DNA of 64,000 bases, from positions 64,001-128,000 of IMG/VR virus record IMGVR_UViG_3300036792_000267; one strand, written 5' to 3'. Each line of letters starts with the position of its first letter. Positions within the stretch are counted from its first letter, which is position 1. This document shows positions 45,388 to 55,552 of the stretch, piece by piece. Source of the stretch: a virus. Made by a program: the position numbers and the translations under genes. A model generated the notes under the pieces. It made no database searches. It was given only the letters and a program-made list of their open reading frames with translations, and was not told the DNA's origin.

Positions 45388-47439
45388 ATGCCGTCGACCG
45401 ACACCACGCCGACCATTAAGCAGCAGGCCAGGCACGCCCGCAGCGAGACGCTGAGCGTGCTGGTCCGCATGGGCGTGCCGTGGGCCGTCTTCCTCGCGCT
45501 GACCGTCATGGGCAACGTGCTCTACATCGCGCTCGGCAAGTTCGTGGACCACGGGGAGTACATCGGGCTGACCGCCGCGCTGCTGCTGGCCTCCGGCATC
45601 GGCACGGCGGCGTTCGACATGCACCTGCGCCGCCACCGGATGTCGGCGGTCGGCCGCCTCATCGGCCCGGTCACCATCGGCGCTGGCGCCGCGATGGGCG
45701 GCGCGTTCCTGCTGGCCGGGTACTGGGTGCCGCTGGTGCTGGCGTGGGCGTTCGGCGGCATCTCCGGCTCGATCGGCTGGGACGCCTGGCTGCACCACGC
45801 CGCCCACCATGACCTGTCCGTCGGGTTCGGCGCGGCGACGGAGAAGGCGGGCCTGGGCACCGCGCGGGTGCTGCCCGCGACGGCCTCTGCCCGCAAGCCG
45901 GGTGACGCCCCGGCCAGGCCAGGGCGCAAGAGGGGCACGCCCGCCCGCCGCGTCCTGTCGGGCACGGTGGCGCTGGAGGGCGGCGAGGTCACCCCGGCCG
46001 ACGCCGCCGAGCGCGCCGCCAACCTGGAGGGCGCGCTCGGCTTCCCGCCGGGCGCGCTGGGCCTCACCCAGAACTTCCGGCAGGCCGGCTTCGCCGACTA
46101 CACCGTCTCCGACCCGGCGGTGCTCGCCGAGCCGTGGGCCTGGCCGGGCCCGAGCGCGCCCGGGGCGGGCATGGACACCTCGTTCCGGCTGGCGGTGCGC
46201 CAGGACGGCGAGCCGTGGCTGGTGAACTTCGTGCCGGTCTTCCACACCCGGGGGACCGGGATGACCGGCACCGGCAAGACGATGAGCTGGCTGTGGAACC
46301 GGCTGGCGGAGGGGGTGACCCGCGAGGGCTACGCCGCGGTCGCGGTGGACGTGACGAAGATGTGGCAGTTCCTCGGTCCCGTCCGGGCCGGCCTGCACGC
46401 CGCCGCGGTCGACCCGCCCTCCGCGCTGAAGCTGTTCGCGGCGCTGGAGCGGGTGCGGGTGGCCCGCCTGGACTACCTGGCGAAAAACCACATGACCGAG
46501 TGGACGATGGGCTGCGGCCTGTCTTACCTGGACATCGCGCTGGAGGAGCTGGGCGAGATCCTGAAGGCACTCGCCGAGGCGTCCAAGGCGAGTGCCCGCG
46601 CGCCGTTCGGCGGCCAGGACCGCGGTCGGGCGACGGCGTTCGACATGGACACCTGGTTCACCAACGTCCGCTCCGGCCGCTCCACCGGGATGAGCTGGAA
46701 CACCTCCAACCAGACCGGCAAGCACTCCAGCTTCCCGACCGACGTGCGCGGCAACTTCCACTCGCTCACCTTCGGGCTGGACGACGCCAACGACGTGAAG
46801 ATGGCACTGTCCGACCGGCAGATGCGGGCCGGGGTCCGCCCCACCCTGTGGGGCAGCAGCCAGCCGGGCACGGCGGTGGCCGACTTCGAGGGGATGACCG
46901 AGCACGAGGCAGCCATGCCGGTGCGGTTCTTCGACTGGGGCAAGTCCCCGGCGGCCGGCCACGCCATCGCCGCCTACATGGAAGGCTGGGAGGCGGCCGG
47001 CCGGCCGTGGGACGACGTGACCGGCGAGGCGTTCGAGGCTGAGCCGGCCGACCCGGCCAGCTACGGGCTGCCCGGCCCCGGCGGCACGCTGCCCGGCCCC
47101 GGCCGGCCGCGCAAGGACTCGACGGTGGTGGCCGGGCCGTGGAAGGGGGCCGCCCCCGGCCCGGCCGTCCACCCGCAGGACGAGGAGGCCATCAGGGCCG
47201 AGCGGGCGCTGTGGCAGCTGCTGCTGAAGATGTACGCCGAGGGAACCGACGTGACGGGGGCGCACGAGATCATGACCCGCAAGGAGTTCGCGGCCACGGT
47301 GAACCGCTCGCGCGGGTGGATCTACACCGCGATGAAGGGCTTCGCCAACACCGGTCAGGCGCAGGCGCTGACCGGCGGGACCCGCCAGCAGTGGCGGATC
47401 GTCCCGCAGGCGCAAGTGCAGGCCGAGGGCGAGGACTGA
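45388..47439 (+). CDS. traB: TraB-like FtsK/SpoIIIE conjugal DNA translocase
   Basis: N-terminal TMs; Walker A GMTGTGKT; Walker B-like LDIALEE; RSTGMS; C-terminal wHTH NRSRGWIY. Confidence 0.8.
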   Translation: MPSTDTTPTIKQQARHARSETLSVLVRMGVPWAVFLALTVMGNVLYIALGKFVDHGEYIGLTAALLLASGIGTAAFDMHLRRHRMSAVGRLIGPVTIGAGAAMGGAFLLAGYWVPLVLAWAFGGISGSIGWDAWLHHAAHHDLSVGFGAATEKAGLGTARVLPATASARKPGDAPARPGRKRGTPARRVLSGTVALEGGEVTPADAAERAANLEGALGFPPGALGLTQNFRQAGFADYTVSDPAVLAEPWAWPGPSAPGAGMDTSFRLAVRQDGEPWLVNFVPVFHTRGTGMTGTGKTMSWLWNRLAEGVTREGYAAVAVDVTKMWQFLGPVRAGLHAAAVDPPSALKLFAALERVRVARLDYLAKNHMTEWTMGCGLSYLDIALEELGEILKALAEASKASARAPFGGQDRGRATAFDMDTWFTNVRSGRSTGMSWNTSNQTGKHSSFPTDVRGNFHSLTFGLDDANDVKMALSDRQMRAGVRPTLWGSSQPGTAVADFEGMTEHEAAMPVRFFDWGKSPAAGHAIAAYMEGWEAAGRPWDDVTGEAFEAEPADPASYGLPGPGGTLPGPGRPRKDSTVVAGPWKGAAPGPAVHPQDEEAIRAERALWQLLLKMYAEGTDVTGAHEIMTRKEFAATVNRSRGWIYTAMKGFANTGQAQALTGGTRQQWRIVPQAQVQAEGED

Positions 47440-47468
47440 CAGCGGTGCCCGCCGCGCGTAACAGGTGC

Positions 47469-48737
47469 ATGAGCAAGACCGCGCAGGAGGAAGCAATGAC
47501 CCCCCAGTACCAGACGCTGGCTGAGCTGAAGCAGGCCGTGGACGCCGGCGAGGTCGCCGGCACGATGACCCTGGACAACGACGAGGCGTTCTTCTACGCC
47601 GACGGGGTGTGCGTGTTCCGCGTTCACCCGTATGACCTGCTGCGCCAGTCCCTGGACCTGCTCGCCGTCCCGCACCAGGAGGCGTGATGCGAGTGACCCG
47701 GATCAGGCGCACCCGCTACCTGGCGCTGGCAATGCCGGGTGACCTGCGCGCTGGGCACCGCGTGAGGATAACCGCCGCCCACGGGGACCGGCTGGTGCAC
47801 GCGGAGAACTCGGCCCGTGTCTCCCCCGGCCTGGTAAGGCTCACGGTGACGGAGATGAGCTTCCGGGGCTTCTCCGACGTGGCCGTTCCCGGGGGACGCC
47901 GCCAGTCGTGCGGGAAATGCGGGGTGACCTGGCTGGGTAACCCGGGCAGCCCGTGCTGGTCCTGCGGCTCGTTCCTTGCCGGGCACCGCAGTGCGGGGGA
48001 AGCGTGAGCGGGACCCCCGGCCGCAGGATGCAGGCGGCCCTCGCCTACGTGGCGGCCCACCCGGGCTGCTCCAAGTCCGACGCGGTGCGCGACCTGGGCG
48101 GCATCCCGCTGCGCCTGACCCCGGTGGACCGCTTGATTCGCCTGGGCTGGGTGCGGGCAGAGGCAGTTGCCCCCGGCAAGGGCTACCAGTTGTACGTGAC
48201 CGAGCAGGGACGGGAGGCGGGAGCGCGGTGAGGTGCGCGCGCTGCGGTAAGCCCCTGTACCAGGACGCGGACGGCTGGTACAGCCAGGTCACCGTGACTG
48301 ACGACGAGGTGCCGGGCCTCGCATTCGCGGACCGCGTGCACGAGTGCGACGGGAAGCCTCATGACGTGGTGAGTGAGTCGCTGGACGTGAACCCCCGGCC
48401 GATGGAGGTCGCCGCCGCGTGGCTGCCCGCCGGGTGCCGGGTCAGCCTGCGAGGCAGGGACATCCCCAACCCGGACCTGGAGAACCCCCGGTACGTGGTG
48501 GCCGGCTGGCACGAGGTGTCCGGCGGCGCGCTCATCTGCGTGTACGGGGGCTGGCAGGGCATCCGTAACGGGCAGCGCAAGGATTCTCGCCCGGTGTGGG
48601 ACGAGGCCGCGACGTTCCTGCGGCAGGCTGCCCGGCAGGACAAGGGCCCGGTCGCCGTCTACGTGGCGATCGAGTCGCGGGAGAAGTACGGGCGGGCGTA
48701 CCTGGTCGCGGTGCGGGTCCGGAGCGCAGCCCGGTGA
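47469..48737 (+). other. four small coupled hypothetical genes (47469-47687, 47684-48007, 48004-48231, 48228-48737)
   Basis: GTGA overlaps; zinc-finger-like CxxC in two, wHTH-like in 48004. Confidence 0.55.
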
Positions 48738-49097
48738 GCCCGTCAGCGGGGGCCCGTCAGGGGAAACTGCGTACCGGATGTGAACCGTGTACGGGCTACA
48801 CGCGGTGTACGAGGTACGCAAAGCCGAAGGCCAAACCACAAAGTGACCGGATGACACTGACAGTAACCGCCCCGGAGGGCCCCCCGGCTCCCCGCACCCT
48901 CGGGAGCAGCCCCAGGAGGGCCGCAGCGGCCCCGGGAGGGCACGGGGAGGCCCGCGTGCGCGCGAGGGGCGCGCTGTGGCCGCAGGGCGGCTCTGCGCGC
49001 CGTACATCGTGCGCTGAGGGGGGTCATGAACCGCAGGATATCCTGAGCCTGAGCGCCCGTCTCCCGGGCGTACTGCGGCCAGGAGGTCAACCGGGCT

Positions 49098-49274
49098 ATG
49101 ACGACGCGTACCGCGCGGCTGTGGGCCGTCCTGGCGGGCCTGGCAGCGATCGTAGTGAGCACCCTGGCAGGCACCGTGCTCTCCGAGGTGCTGGCGGGGA
49201 TTGCCTGCATCCTCCTTGCGGCCTTCCTGGTGGCCCTCGACGGCCTGCGGAAACGCGGCCACACCCGCCGCTAG
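49098..49274 (+). CDS. small two-TM membrane protein (58 aa, not in ORF track)
   Basis: AGGAGG upstream; MTTRTARLWAVLAGLAAIVV... Confidence 0.5.
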   Translation: MTTRTARLWAVLAGLAAIVVSTLAGTVLSEVLAGIACILLAAFLVALDGLRKRGHTRR

Positions 49275-49567
49275 CCGCAGGATGCGCGAAAAATACCCTG
49301 CCGTGCCGAATTTATTCTTCAGTCCTCACGGCCCCGAGCCGAAGATTCTTCGGCTGGGTACCCCGTCAGCCCGCGCCGGGTGCGTGTCAGGGTGATTGTG
49401 GTTGCCGCGCTGACCGGCTGACAGTGATTGCGCAGGTCAGCGGGCTGTGCTGTCGCGCGCTAAACGGAGGTTCAGCGCTGGCCGGGCCCCGTCTTCCTGG
49501 TTGCCGGCCCGTGAGCCCGGTTAACTTCTCGCAGGTCACTGAGTTGTACCTGAAACGGAGGGTCCCC

Positions 49568-50041
49568 GTGCCCAACTGGTTCCGCCGTGCCCGCGAGGCG
49601 CAGCGTGAGGTTACCCCGCTGGCCATGTACCGCGCCGGGCTGGTCGACTGGCCGGGGCCGGAGGTCACCCCGCTGGAGATGTACGGCGCGAAGCGCTCGC
49701 CTGACTTCTCCGGCTGGTGGGTGTACGCGCTCGCCGACAAGGAGGGGCGCGTGTGGCGTGCCGGGCAGTCGTCCCGCCTGTGGTCCCGCTGGCGCGACTA
49801 CTTCTACACCTACGGCGAGCGGTTCACCGCGTCGGACAAGTGGCTCATCCCGGTGGCGAACGAGGCCGAGGCCGACCTCATCGAGCTGGTGCTGATCCAC
49901 TTCTACGATCCTGAGTGCAACACCAAGGGGCGGCGCGCTGACCTGGAGGCCAAGGTCAGGGCGTGGGGGCGCGGCACCCAGCAGTACAAGCGCGGCGAAG
50001 GGTGGCCTGATCGTCTTGACCAGAAGCAAGTAACCCCCTAG
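49568..50041 (+). CDS. GIY-YIG-like nuclease
   Basis: WVYALADKEGRVWRAGQS..L..R...E..LI..Y.P.CN; GGAGGGT RBS. Confidence 0.7.
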   Translation: MPNWFRRAREAQREVTPLAMYRAGLVDWPGPEVTPLEMYGAKRSPDFSGWWVYALADKEGRVWRAGQSSRLWSRWRDYFYTYGERFTASDKWLIPVANEAEADLIELVLIHFYDPECNTKGRRADLEAKVRAWGRGTQQYKRGEGWPDRLDQKQVTP

Positions 50042-50052
50042 ACTTGAGTCAA
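50016..50052 (+). promoter_or_regulatory. sigma70-type promoter with two degenerate operators
   Basis: TTGACC-N17-TAGACT; TTGACCAGAAGCAA and TAGACTTGAGTCAA. Confidence 0.7.
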
Positions 50053-50079
50053 GCAACCGAGATTCGGGGAGGCACTTAC

Positions 50080-52000
50080 ATGGCAGACCAGCCCAGGCAG
50101 GGCGCCGCGCGGCTGACCCCTGCTGACCTGACCCTGCTGAGCAGGCAGAACGCGTCTTACGCCCGGACCGCCCGCGCAGCTGGCTGCCCGCGGATCGCTG
50201 CGCGGGCTGCTAAGGCCGCGGTCTACTACCGGGACCGGAGGGCAGCCCCCTCCCGGGACGCCCGCGCGATGAGGGGGCGAGCGGCGTGAGGCGCAAGCTC
50301 GCCGTCGTCTTCGCCGCGGTCGTCCTGCTGGTCCTCTACCTGCACCGCTCCGTCGTCCACCAGGTCTGCGTGGACACGGCCCTCGGGCTGGCCTGCCTGG
50401 CCGGCCTCTGCCTGGCCGTGGCCGTCACGGTGCGCGCAGCCGGCCGCAAGCCGGTCCAGCCGGCCAGGAAGCGGGCAGTCGTCCAGCCGGCCGCGGTTGA
50501 GCGGCCGAGGGCCAGCCGGCCAGGCGACCCGTGCGCCGAGGCGTGCGGCCGGCCGGCCACCCGGATGTTCGAGCGGTGGCCGGTCTGCGAGAACTGCGGC
50601 GGCCGGCTGGACGCGGCAGCCGCGTGCGCGGCCGGCCGCAGGCTCGCCCCCGAGCCGGCCGAAGACGACATCCCGCACCTGACCCAGCCGCCGGTCATCC
50701 CCGCCGGGGAGACCATCGGCACCATCGACATGAGCGACTTCGAGAAGAGGGCATCGTGACTGACTTCTCCGCACTGGACCGCGCCGACGACTTCGTGTAT
50801 GCGGTGGGCCGTTGGATCGGCAACCGCGCCGCTGCCGTCGGCCTGGGTGCGTGGAACACCGCGCCCGAGCACGCGCCGCAGCGTGCCCGGGCTGCGCGCC
50901 TGATGGACCGCGCCGCCCTTCGCGTCGGCGCCGAGGTGCGCCGCCTGGAGGAGCGCGGCGGCACTGACCACCGTGACTCCATCGCCCACCTGCACAAGCG
51001 CAACCAGGCGCGGGACCTGGCGTCCCGCGCCGCCCGTTAGGAGAAACCGTGACCGGACTCATTGTCGCCATTATCGTCATCGCCCTGGTCGTCCACCTGA
51101 CTGGCGGGCTGTTCCACCATGCCCGCTACCGCCGCGGCGGGCACCGCCTCAACATCGGCTGGTCGCTGCGGCGCGGGTGGTGGGCGGACACCCGCATCTT
51201 CGGCGGCAGCTACTACCACCGCCTGTAGGAGGCACGGGCCATGCCAGTCACTGACGAGGACATCGCCTCGCTGCTTTGCGACGCGGTCGCCATCATCGAC
51301 AACGTGCTGCCTGTTACCGGCAGCCCCGAACTCACCATTGAGGACACCCTGAACATGCGCGCTGCCGCCCTTCCCGTGGTACTGACCACGCTGCTGGGCC
51401 GGCAGTAGCCATGCAGGCCCTGCGAGCCGTAGCCGTCACCCTGCTGTCGATGCTGGCAGCGGCGCTGGCGGCTACAGCCGTCTTCGCGGTCGCTGACCGC
51501 TCCTGGTACGCGGCGGTGGCTTACGGGATCGACGCTCTTGCCGCCGCCCTGGCGGTGGCGCTGCTGTTCCGTGCCTACGTGCGGCACTCACCACGACACA
51601 AGGGAAGGCACGAATGAGCATCATCGGTTACGTCCGCTGGCGGCGGAGTCCGGCGGGGCGCGAGGCCTACCGCGCCTACGCGCAGGGCCGCAAGGCTGTC
51701 GACCAGGCGGCCAGGACCGCGGGGTTCTGGGCCCGGAAGCGCGAGGCGCGCGCGTACCGTCGCGAGCACCCGCCTTACAACTCCCGCAGGGCCCGCCAGG
51801 CGCGGGCTGACGCGGCGCTCCGCCGGGCGCGCGAGGCCCCGCTCATGGTGCCGTCGCAGGTCACCGACCAGTGGTCCGACGGGCGCCAGCGGGTGACCGA
51901 CTACGACACCCGCACCGGGCGCAAGATCCGCGTGCACACGACCCGCAGCCGCGCCAGGGACGCTGACGGCATGCGGCCGAGGCAGCACCGCACCCGCTAG
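50080..52000 (+). other. operon of small hypothetical/membrane genes (50080-50289, 50286-50759, 50756-51040, about 51048-51227, 51241-51408, 51411-51617, 51614-52000)
   Basis: contiguous or overlapping ORFs with RBSs; several hydrophobic. Confidence 0.5.
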
Positions 52001-52053
52001 GGATAGACTTTCATTACTTTACTCAAGACAAGCCAACGGGTAGAGTGAGAGCT

Positions 52054-52671
52054 ATGGCAACCGCGACCGCACCGGGCTACCGGACCAGCTACACCGTCAA
52101 GGCGCGCTCGCGTGCCGGAGAGCACGAGTTTCTTTCGTGCTCCCTTGTGGCATCTCGTGTCCTGGCTGTGGCTATTCCGCTGACGCAAGGCAAGACAGCG
52201 TTCATCGACCCTGAAGATGCCGCCCTGGTAGGTGTGTATGGCTGGGCTGCTCAGCGTCGTGAGAACAACCTCTGGTACGCCATCGCTTACGTCCGGGGAA
52301 GTGCCGCGAACGGCGGGACCGCGCGCTACGTCTACATGCACGCGCTGGTCAGCGGTGCGAGCCGGCCGGATCACATTGACCGTAACGGCTTGAACAACAC
52401 CAAGATCAATTTGCGTGTCGCCAACGGCGCGCAGAACAACGCCAACCAGGGCAAGCGGCAGGGCTGCTCCTCCCGGTTCAAGGGCGTGACCTACGTCGCG
52501 CGGACCGGCAAGTGGGCAGCCCAGCTGCACAGCGGCGGGCGCAAGCACCATCTCGGTTACTTCACTGAGGAAGAGGAGGCTGCTCGTGTCTACGATGACG
52601 CTGCCGTCCAGAAGTTCGGTGAGTTCGCGGCAACAAACGCCATGCTTGGCCTGCTCCCCGAGGAAGGCTGA
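52054..52671 (+). CDS. HNH-AP2 homing endonuclease
   Basis: IPLTQGKTAFID...YMHALV...DHIDRNGLNNTKINLR...SSRFKGV...HLGYF.EEEAARVYD; TTTACT-N17-TAGAGT upstream. Confidence 0.9.
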   Translation: MATATAPGYRTSYTVKARSRAGEHEFLSCSLVASRVLAVAIPLTQGKTAFIDPEDAALVGVYGWAAQRRENNLWYAIAYVRGSAANGGTARYVYMHALVSGASRPDHIDRNGLNNTKINLRVANGAQNNANQGKRQGCSSRFKGVTYVARTGKWAAQLHSGGRKHHLGYFTEEEEAARVYDDAAVQKFGEFAATNAMLGLLPEEG

Positions 52672-52675
52672 GCCT

Positions 52676-53608
52676 GTGGAGGGAACGACCCACGCGGCCA
52701 CCGGGCTGCTGCTGGGGGCGGGCATCGGCCTGCTGACCACCGGCCCCCTGCGCGGCACCGGCACGGTCCACGACCTGGCCATAGCGCACGCTGTCGGCCG
52801 TGACCTGCTGTTCGGCGCGGTGACCGCGGGCATGGCCCTGCTGCCCGACGCCGACCACCCGGACGCCACGTTTGCCTACTCGGCTGGCGCGGTGAGCCAC
52901 GGCATCAGCCACCTGGTGGCAGTCGCCTTCGGCGGGCACCGGCAGGGCATGCACTCGCTGGTCGGCATCGCGTTCTGGTCGGCCGCCGCCGAGGCGTGCG
53001 CCGTGTGGTGGCCCAACCGCTGGGCGCTCGGCTTCCTGGCCGCGTTCATCGCCATCTGCGTGGTCGCCGGCCTGAAGGCAACCGGGTTCATGCGCCACGG
53101 CGGGCGCGGCCACAGGTCGCGCGGCGGCGGGCTGCGCCGCGCGCTCGCCGGGTGCGGCATCGCCGCCCTGGCGGTCACCTACGCCCGCGCTGACCTGTGG
53201 TGGCTGGTGGCGCTGGGCATGGCGCTGCATATCCTCGAAGACGAGTTCACCGGCCACGGCTGCGCGCTGCTGTGGCCCATCTCGCGTAAGCGGTTCGGCG
53301 GTGACGGCAGGCAGCCGGCGGGCAGCCGCCGCGCTCTCGCCCGCAAGCCCCGGTCCGGTTACAGCGAGGCCCGTGACCGCGCGCTCCGCCCGGTTGCCGC
53401 GTCCCCTGCCCGTAAGCCCCGGCTGGCTGCGGTCAAGCCGACGTGCCCCGCGTGCTGGATGGGCGAGTGCAGCGAGTGCAAGGACCGCGGGTGCGGCTGC
53501 CCTGAGCAGGGACCGGACGTGCACCAGCTGCGGCCGAAGCGCCGTGCGGCAGTGCCCGCGACGGCTGAGCCGCTACCGCCGCCGGAGGAAGATATTCCCC
53601 CCTATTAG
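52676..53608 (+). CDS. membrane-bound metal-dependent hydrolase (YdjM-like)
   Basis: GTTHAATG...LLPDADHP...HRQGMHSL...HILED..T..G..LLWP. Confidence 0.8.
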   Translation: MEGTTHAATGLLLGAGIGLLTTGPLRGTGTVHDLAIAHAVGRDLLFGAVTAGMALLPDADHPDATFAYSAGAVSHGISHLVAVAFGGHRQGMHSLVGIAFWSAAAEACAVWWPNRWALGFLAAFIAICVVAGLKATGFMRHGGRGHRSRGGGLRRALAGCGIAALAVTYARADLWWLVALGMALHILEDEFTGHGCALLWPISRKRFGGDGRQPAGSRRALARKPRSGYSEARDRALRPVAASPARKPRLAAVKPTCPACWMGECSECKDRGCGCPEQGPDVHQLRPKRRAAVPATAEPLPPPEEDIPPY

Positions 53609-53609
53609 C

Positions 53610-53672
53610 TTGACTGGAGTCAAGCGCTCACGTATGCTGGCAAGCACAGGCAACCGAGTGAAGGGCAGGCAC
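53610..53672 (+). promoter_or_regulatory. operator/promoter/start cassette 1
   Basis: TTGACTGGAGTCAA; TTGACT-N17-TATGCT; GAAGGGCAGGCAC-GTG. Confidence 0.85.
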
Positions 53673-53897
53673 GTGAAGATCTTCCACCTGGAGCGCGAGG
53701 GTGTGCACTACGACGAGGCTGTGGGGTTCGTGGTCATTGCCCGTGACCTGGACCAGGCACGCGAGTACGCGTGCGGTCAGGCGGGCGACGAGGGCGCGAA
53801 CGCCTGGTACCGGCCGGACGTCAAAGTCGCGGTCATCGGCCGGTCCGCAGCCGGCGAGCAGGCCCGGGTTGTCTTGCGGGACTTCCACGCGGGCTAA
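53673..53897 (+). CDS. hypothetical protein
   Basis: own promoter and terminator. Confidence 0.7.
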   Translation: MKIFHLEREGVHYDEAVGFVVIARDLDQAREYACGQAGDEGANAWYRPDVKVAVIGRSAAGEQARVVLRDFHAG

Positions 53898-53906
53898 CCC
53901 CTGAGC

Positions 53907-53952
53907 GAGCGGGCGCCTGCCTTCCACCCCGAGGACAGGCGCCCGCTCTTTT
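53907..53952 (+). terminator. intrinsic terminator
   Basis: GAGCGGGCGCCTG / CAGGCGCCCGCTC then TTTT. Confidence 0.8.
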
Positions 53953-53954
53953 GC

Positions 53955-54013
53955 TTGACCAGAGTCAAGCTGTAGCCTACGATGTAGCCAGAAGCCAACT
54001 GGAGGGCAGGCAC
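53955..54013 (+). promoter_or_regulatory. operator/promoter/start cassette 2
   Basis: TTGACCAGAGTCAA; TTGACC-N17-TACGAT; GAGGGCAGGCAC-ATG. Confidence 0.85.
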
Positions 54014-55470
54014 ATGGCAATGACACCAGAGCAGATGCAGCGCCTTGAGCGGGACGCCTCGCTCATGGCGGTCGCGCACTCGCTGACCGCGGCCGAGCGG
54101 GTGCTGTTCCTCGGCAAGGTCGCGCGCCGGTACCCGCGCCTCCTGGGTGCGGACGTGGCCGACGTGCTCGATTTCACCAACGACTACGACGAGTTCCTTG
54201 ACCAGACCGAGCCGTTTTTCGAGCGGTTCGACGCGCAGATGCCGGACGTGCCGGGTGTCATCTTCGCGGCGCACGTCATCATCGTGATGGGCTGGAAGCT
54301 GACCCCCGGCCGGGTGTGGTCCCTCCTGCAGCGCGCCGGCGCGGTCGACGCGCCGCGTTACCCCGAGGTCGAGGTGGGCCTGTGGGTGCACGAGCACGAT
54401 CTTGGGGGAGGGCCGTGCACCGCCGACGCGAATGAAGCGCTGCTCAGGGCCCGCGCTGAGCAGGGCCTGCGCGCAGCAGGAATTTCCGAGAGTGAGATAA
54501 CGGAGTTCCGTGAGTCGGTGCGCCTGCGGCCGGGCAGCCTGACCCTGCAGCTGGGACTGCAGTGGAACGTGGCCGACATCGCGAAGTGGGTGACCTTGGT
54601 GGACCGCTTCACCGAGATGCCGCGCAAGGTCTACGACCCTATCCATGACCTGGCGGTGGTGCTGCACTGGGCGTCCGCTGAGCCGGGTGACCCGGATGAC
54701 CAGGCGCTGGCCAACCTCCGCTCGCACCTGGACATGCGCGCGCCCGAGACGATCGAGGCCAGCCTTAACTCGTTCTTCGGCAAGGAGGCCTGACATGGAA
54801 GACAAGCAGCACAAGGGCCCGGGTCACGGCGACGTGGACCTCAGCCTGGCCGCCGTCACCCCGGACGGCGACCAGTACTACCGCTCGTGGACGATTTGCG
54901 AGTGCTCGGGGCTGTACCAGCGCCTGGATACCATCCTGGGCCCGCCGCAGCAGGAGAGCGTGGTGCCCGCGGAGGTGGTGCGCGCTACCGCCGCGGCGGT
55001 GCTGGCCGTGCCGGGGGCTGTGCGTTTTCTCGGTACGGAGGGCAACTGACGTGCACTGGATCAAGTTCACTACCTGCGAGATGGCCTACGGGCGCGACCA
55101 CGGCTACCTGGTCATCCGCGAGGAGTCGGGGGTGCGGCTCGGCCGCTTCTCCATCGACGCCGGCGCCCGTAACCTGCACGCCGTGGTCGCGCGGGAGGTG
55201 CTGGCGAGCGCCCTTGTCTTCCCGCTGGGCCGCGGGCCCGGCCGCCCTGGCGGTGACCCGGAGCTTGACGCCCTGGTGGCGTCGGCCAAGGTGTACGCCG
55301 AGCGGTTCGAGGCGGGGGAGAGCATGGTGGGCCCCGACTGGCGCGGCCGGGCCTGGCAGCATGATGACCAGGCAAAGCCGGACCCTAATGCCGGCCGCTG
55401 CCCTGGCCCCGGCGGGTGCCTCCCCGACGAGCCCTGCATCTACCGTGGCGACGACTGCGCGCCTCGCTGA
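54014..55470 (+). other. three hypothetical genes (54014-54793, 54795-55049, 55051-55470)
   Basis: contiguous high-GC3 ORFs. Confidence 0.65.
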
Positions 55471-55488
55471 GCGGAATAGTTCTTCTGC

Positions 55489-55552
55489 TTGACTCCAGTC
55501 AAGACAATGGGTAACCTGGTGCCGTAAGCACTACTGAAGGGCAGGCACCCCG
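55489..55552 (+). promoter_or_regulatory. operator/promoter/start cassette 3
   Basis: TTGACTCCAGTCAA; TTGACT-N17-TAACCT; GAAGGGCAGGCACCCCG-ATG. Confidence 0.85.

Noticed and set aside
48596-49567. 481-aa ORF 48596..50041 as a single gene
   Set aside because: The N-terminal two-thirds is low-complexity, crosses operator sites and overlaps a better small ORF; only 49568 onward looks coding.
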